Shown here piece after piece: positions 63,724-64,000 of a DNA stretch of 64,000 nt. Made by a program: the position numbers and the translations under genes. A model generated the notes under the pieces. It was not told the origin of the DNA and did no database searches. It was given only the letters and a program-made list of their open reading frames with translations. Origin of the DNA: an uncultured Candidatus Saccharibacteria bacterium (GTDB lineage: Bacteria; Patescibacteriota; Minisyncoccia; Phycocordibacterales; XYD1-FULL-46-19); NCBI GenBank assembly GCA_964355855.1, contig CAYHFD010000001.1, positions 9,921-73,920 of the forward strand. Direction: 5' to 3'. Positions within the stretch are counted from its first letter, which is position 1. Each line of letters opens with the position of its first letter.

Positions 63724-64000
63724 TCCACCAACATTCCACACACTATAATTAACTATTTACAAATTATTATCTAAAAAATTTCTTAAGGAAACCAAATCTT
63801 TCTTCTCTTGGTCATAATAATAAGAAATAATACCGACCGATTCGGCACTTTTTATGGCCTCTGGGTTATGATCAAAATAAATTACCTCACTAGAGTATAA
63901 AACTCATCGTTCTTTGCCTTTTTGGCATTTGTAAGATTACTGTTGGCCACAGTTAATTTTCCGTCTAATTCATCATTGGTTTTCCTTTTTAGCTTCATTT

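Overview
This is an AT-rich bacterial window with short genes and a reduced housekeeping set, consistent with a Patescibacteria/CPR-like genome; that assignment is inference. Conserved core genes I can support from the sequence are S1/rpsA, pth, lepB, hisS, rpsU, ybeY, ftsA-ftsZ, trxB, msrA-msrB, pyrD, tsaD, valS, hsp20, lepA, murJ, groES-groEL, secG, RNase J, typA/bipA and an RsuA-type pseudouridine synthase. Seven tRNAs are present: Val, Glu, Ser, Phe, Arg, Gly, and one of them (tRNA-Phe) is interrupted by a group-I-like intron. An RNase P RNA (rnpB) lies at about 35.8-36.3 kb.

The accessory content is the interesting part:
- (1) A ~5 kb island (13634-18678) is bounded by 48-51 bp inverted repeats, one of which abuts the CCA end of tRNA-Ser. 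It carries a DpnI-like methyl-directed restriction endonuclease, a DinD-like protein, a Zn-ribbon ORF, an IS4/IS5-like IS with 8-bp target duplication, and a KNTase-like nucleotidyltransferase.
- (2) A ~300 bp cassette with perfect 20-bp terminal inverted repeats and a 5-bp target duplication carries a GIY-YIG nuclease and sits in a duplicated 5' fragment of tRNA-Gly.
- (3) tRNA-Phe has a ~282-nt group-I-like intron in its anticodon loop. A near-identical 16-bp-stem hairpin module sits in both this intron and rnpB.
- (4) Two homologous GC-rich ~220-nt structured elements lie immediately 3' of tRNA-Glu and tRNA-Arg. A related GC-rich hairpin family, together with triplicated copies of the gene's first codons, is found in the bipA leader.
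- (5) A 24-bp motif with an ATTCGCGCGAAT core occurs four times upstream of minus-strand genes. Two copies supply the identical C-terminal ISNSRE-stop to MsrB and to an ArsR-family regulator.
- (6) A high-GC island (51.86-54.5 kb) encodes a divergent DnaA-like AAA+/HTH paralog, a CYTH protein and a small protein with a strong SD.
- (7) A secreted peptidoglycan-binding protein ends in a poly-Asp tail encoded by a (GTCATCATC)n microsatellite.
- (8) A ~450-600 nt ORF-poor region (44.5-45.1 kb) ending in an intrinsic terminator is a candidate ncRNA of unassigned class.

All functional calls are from motif-level reading of the translations; no database search was run.
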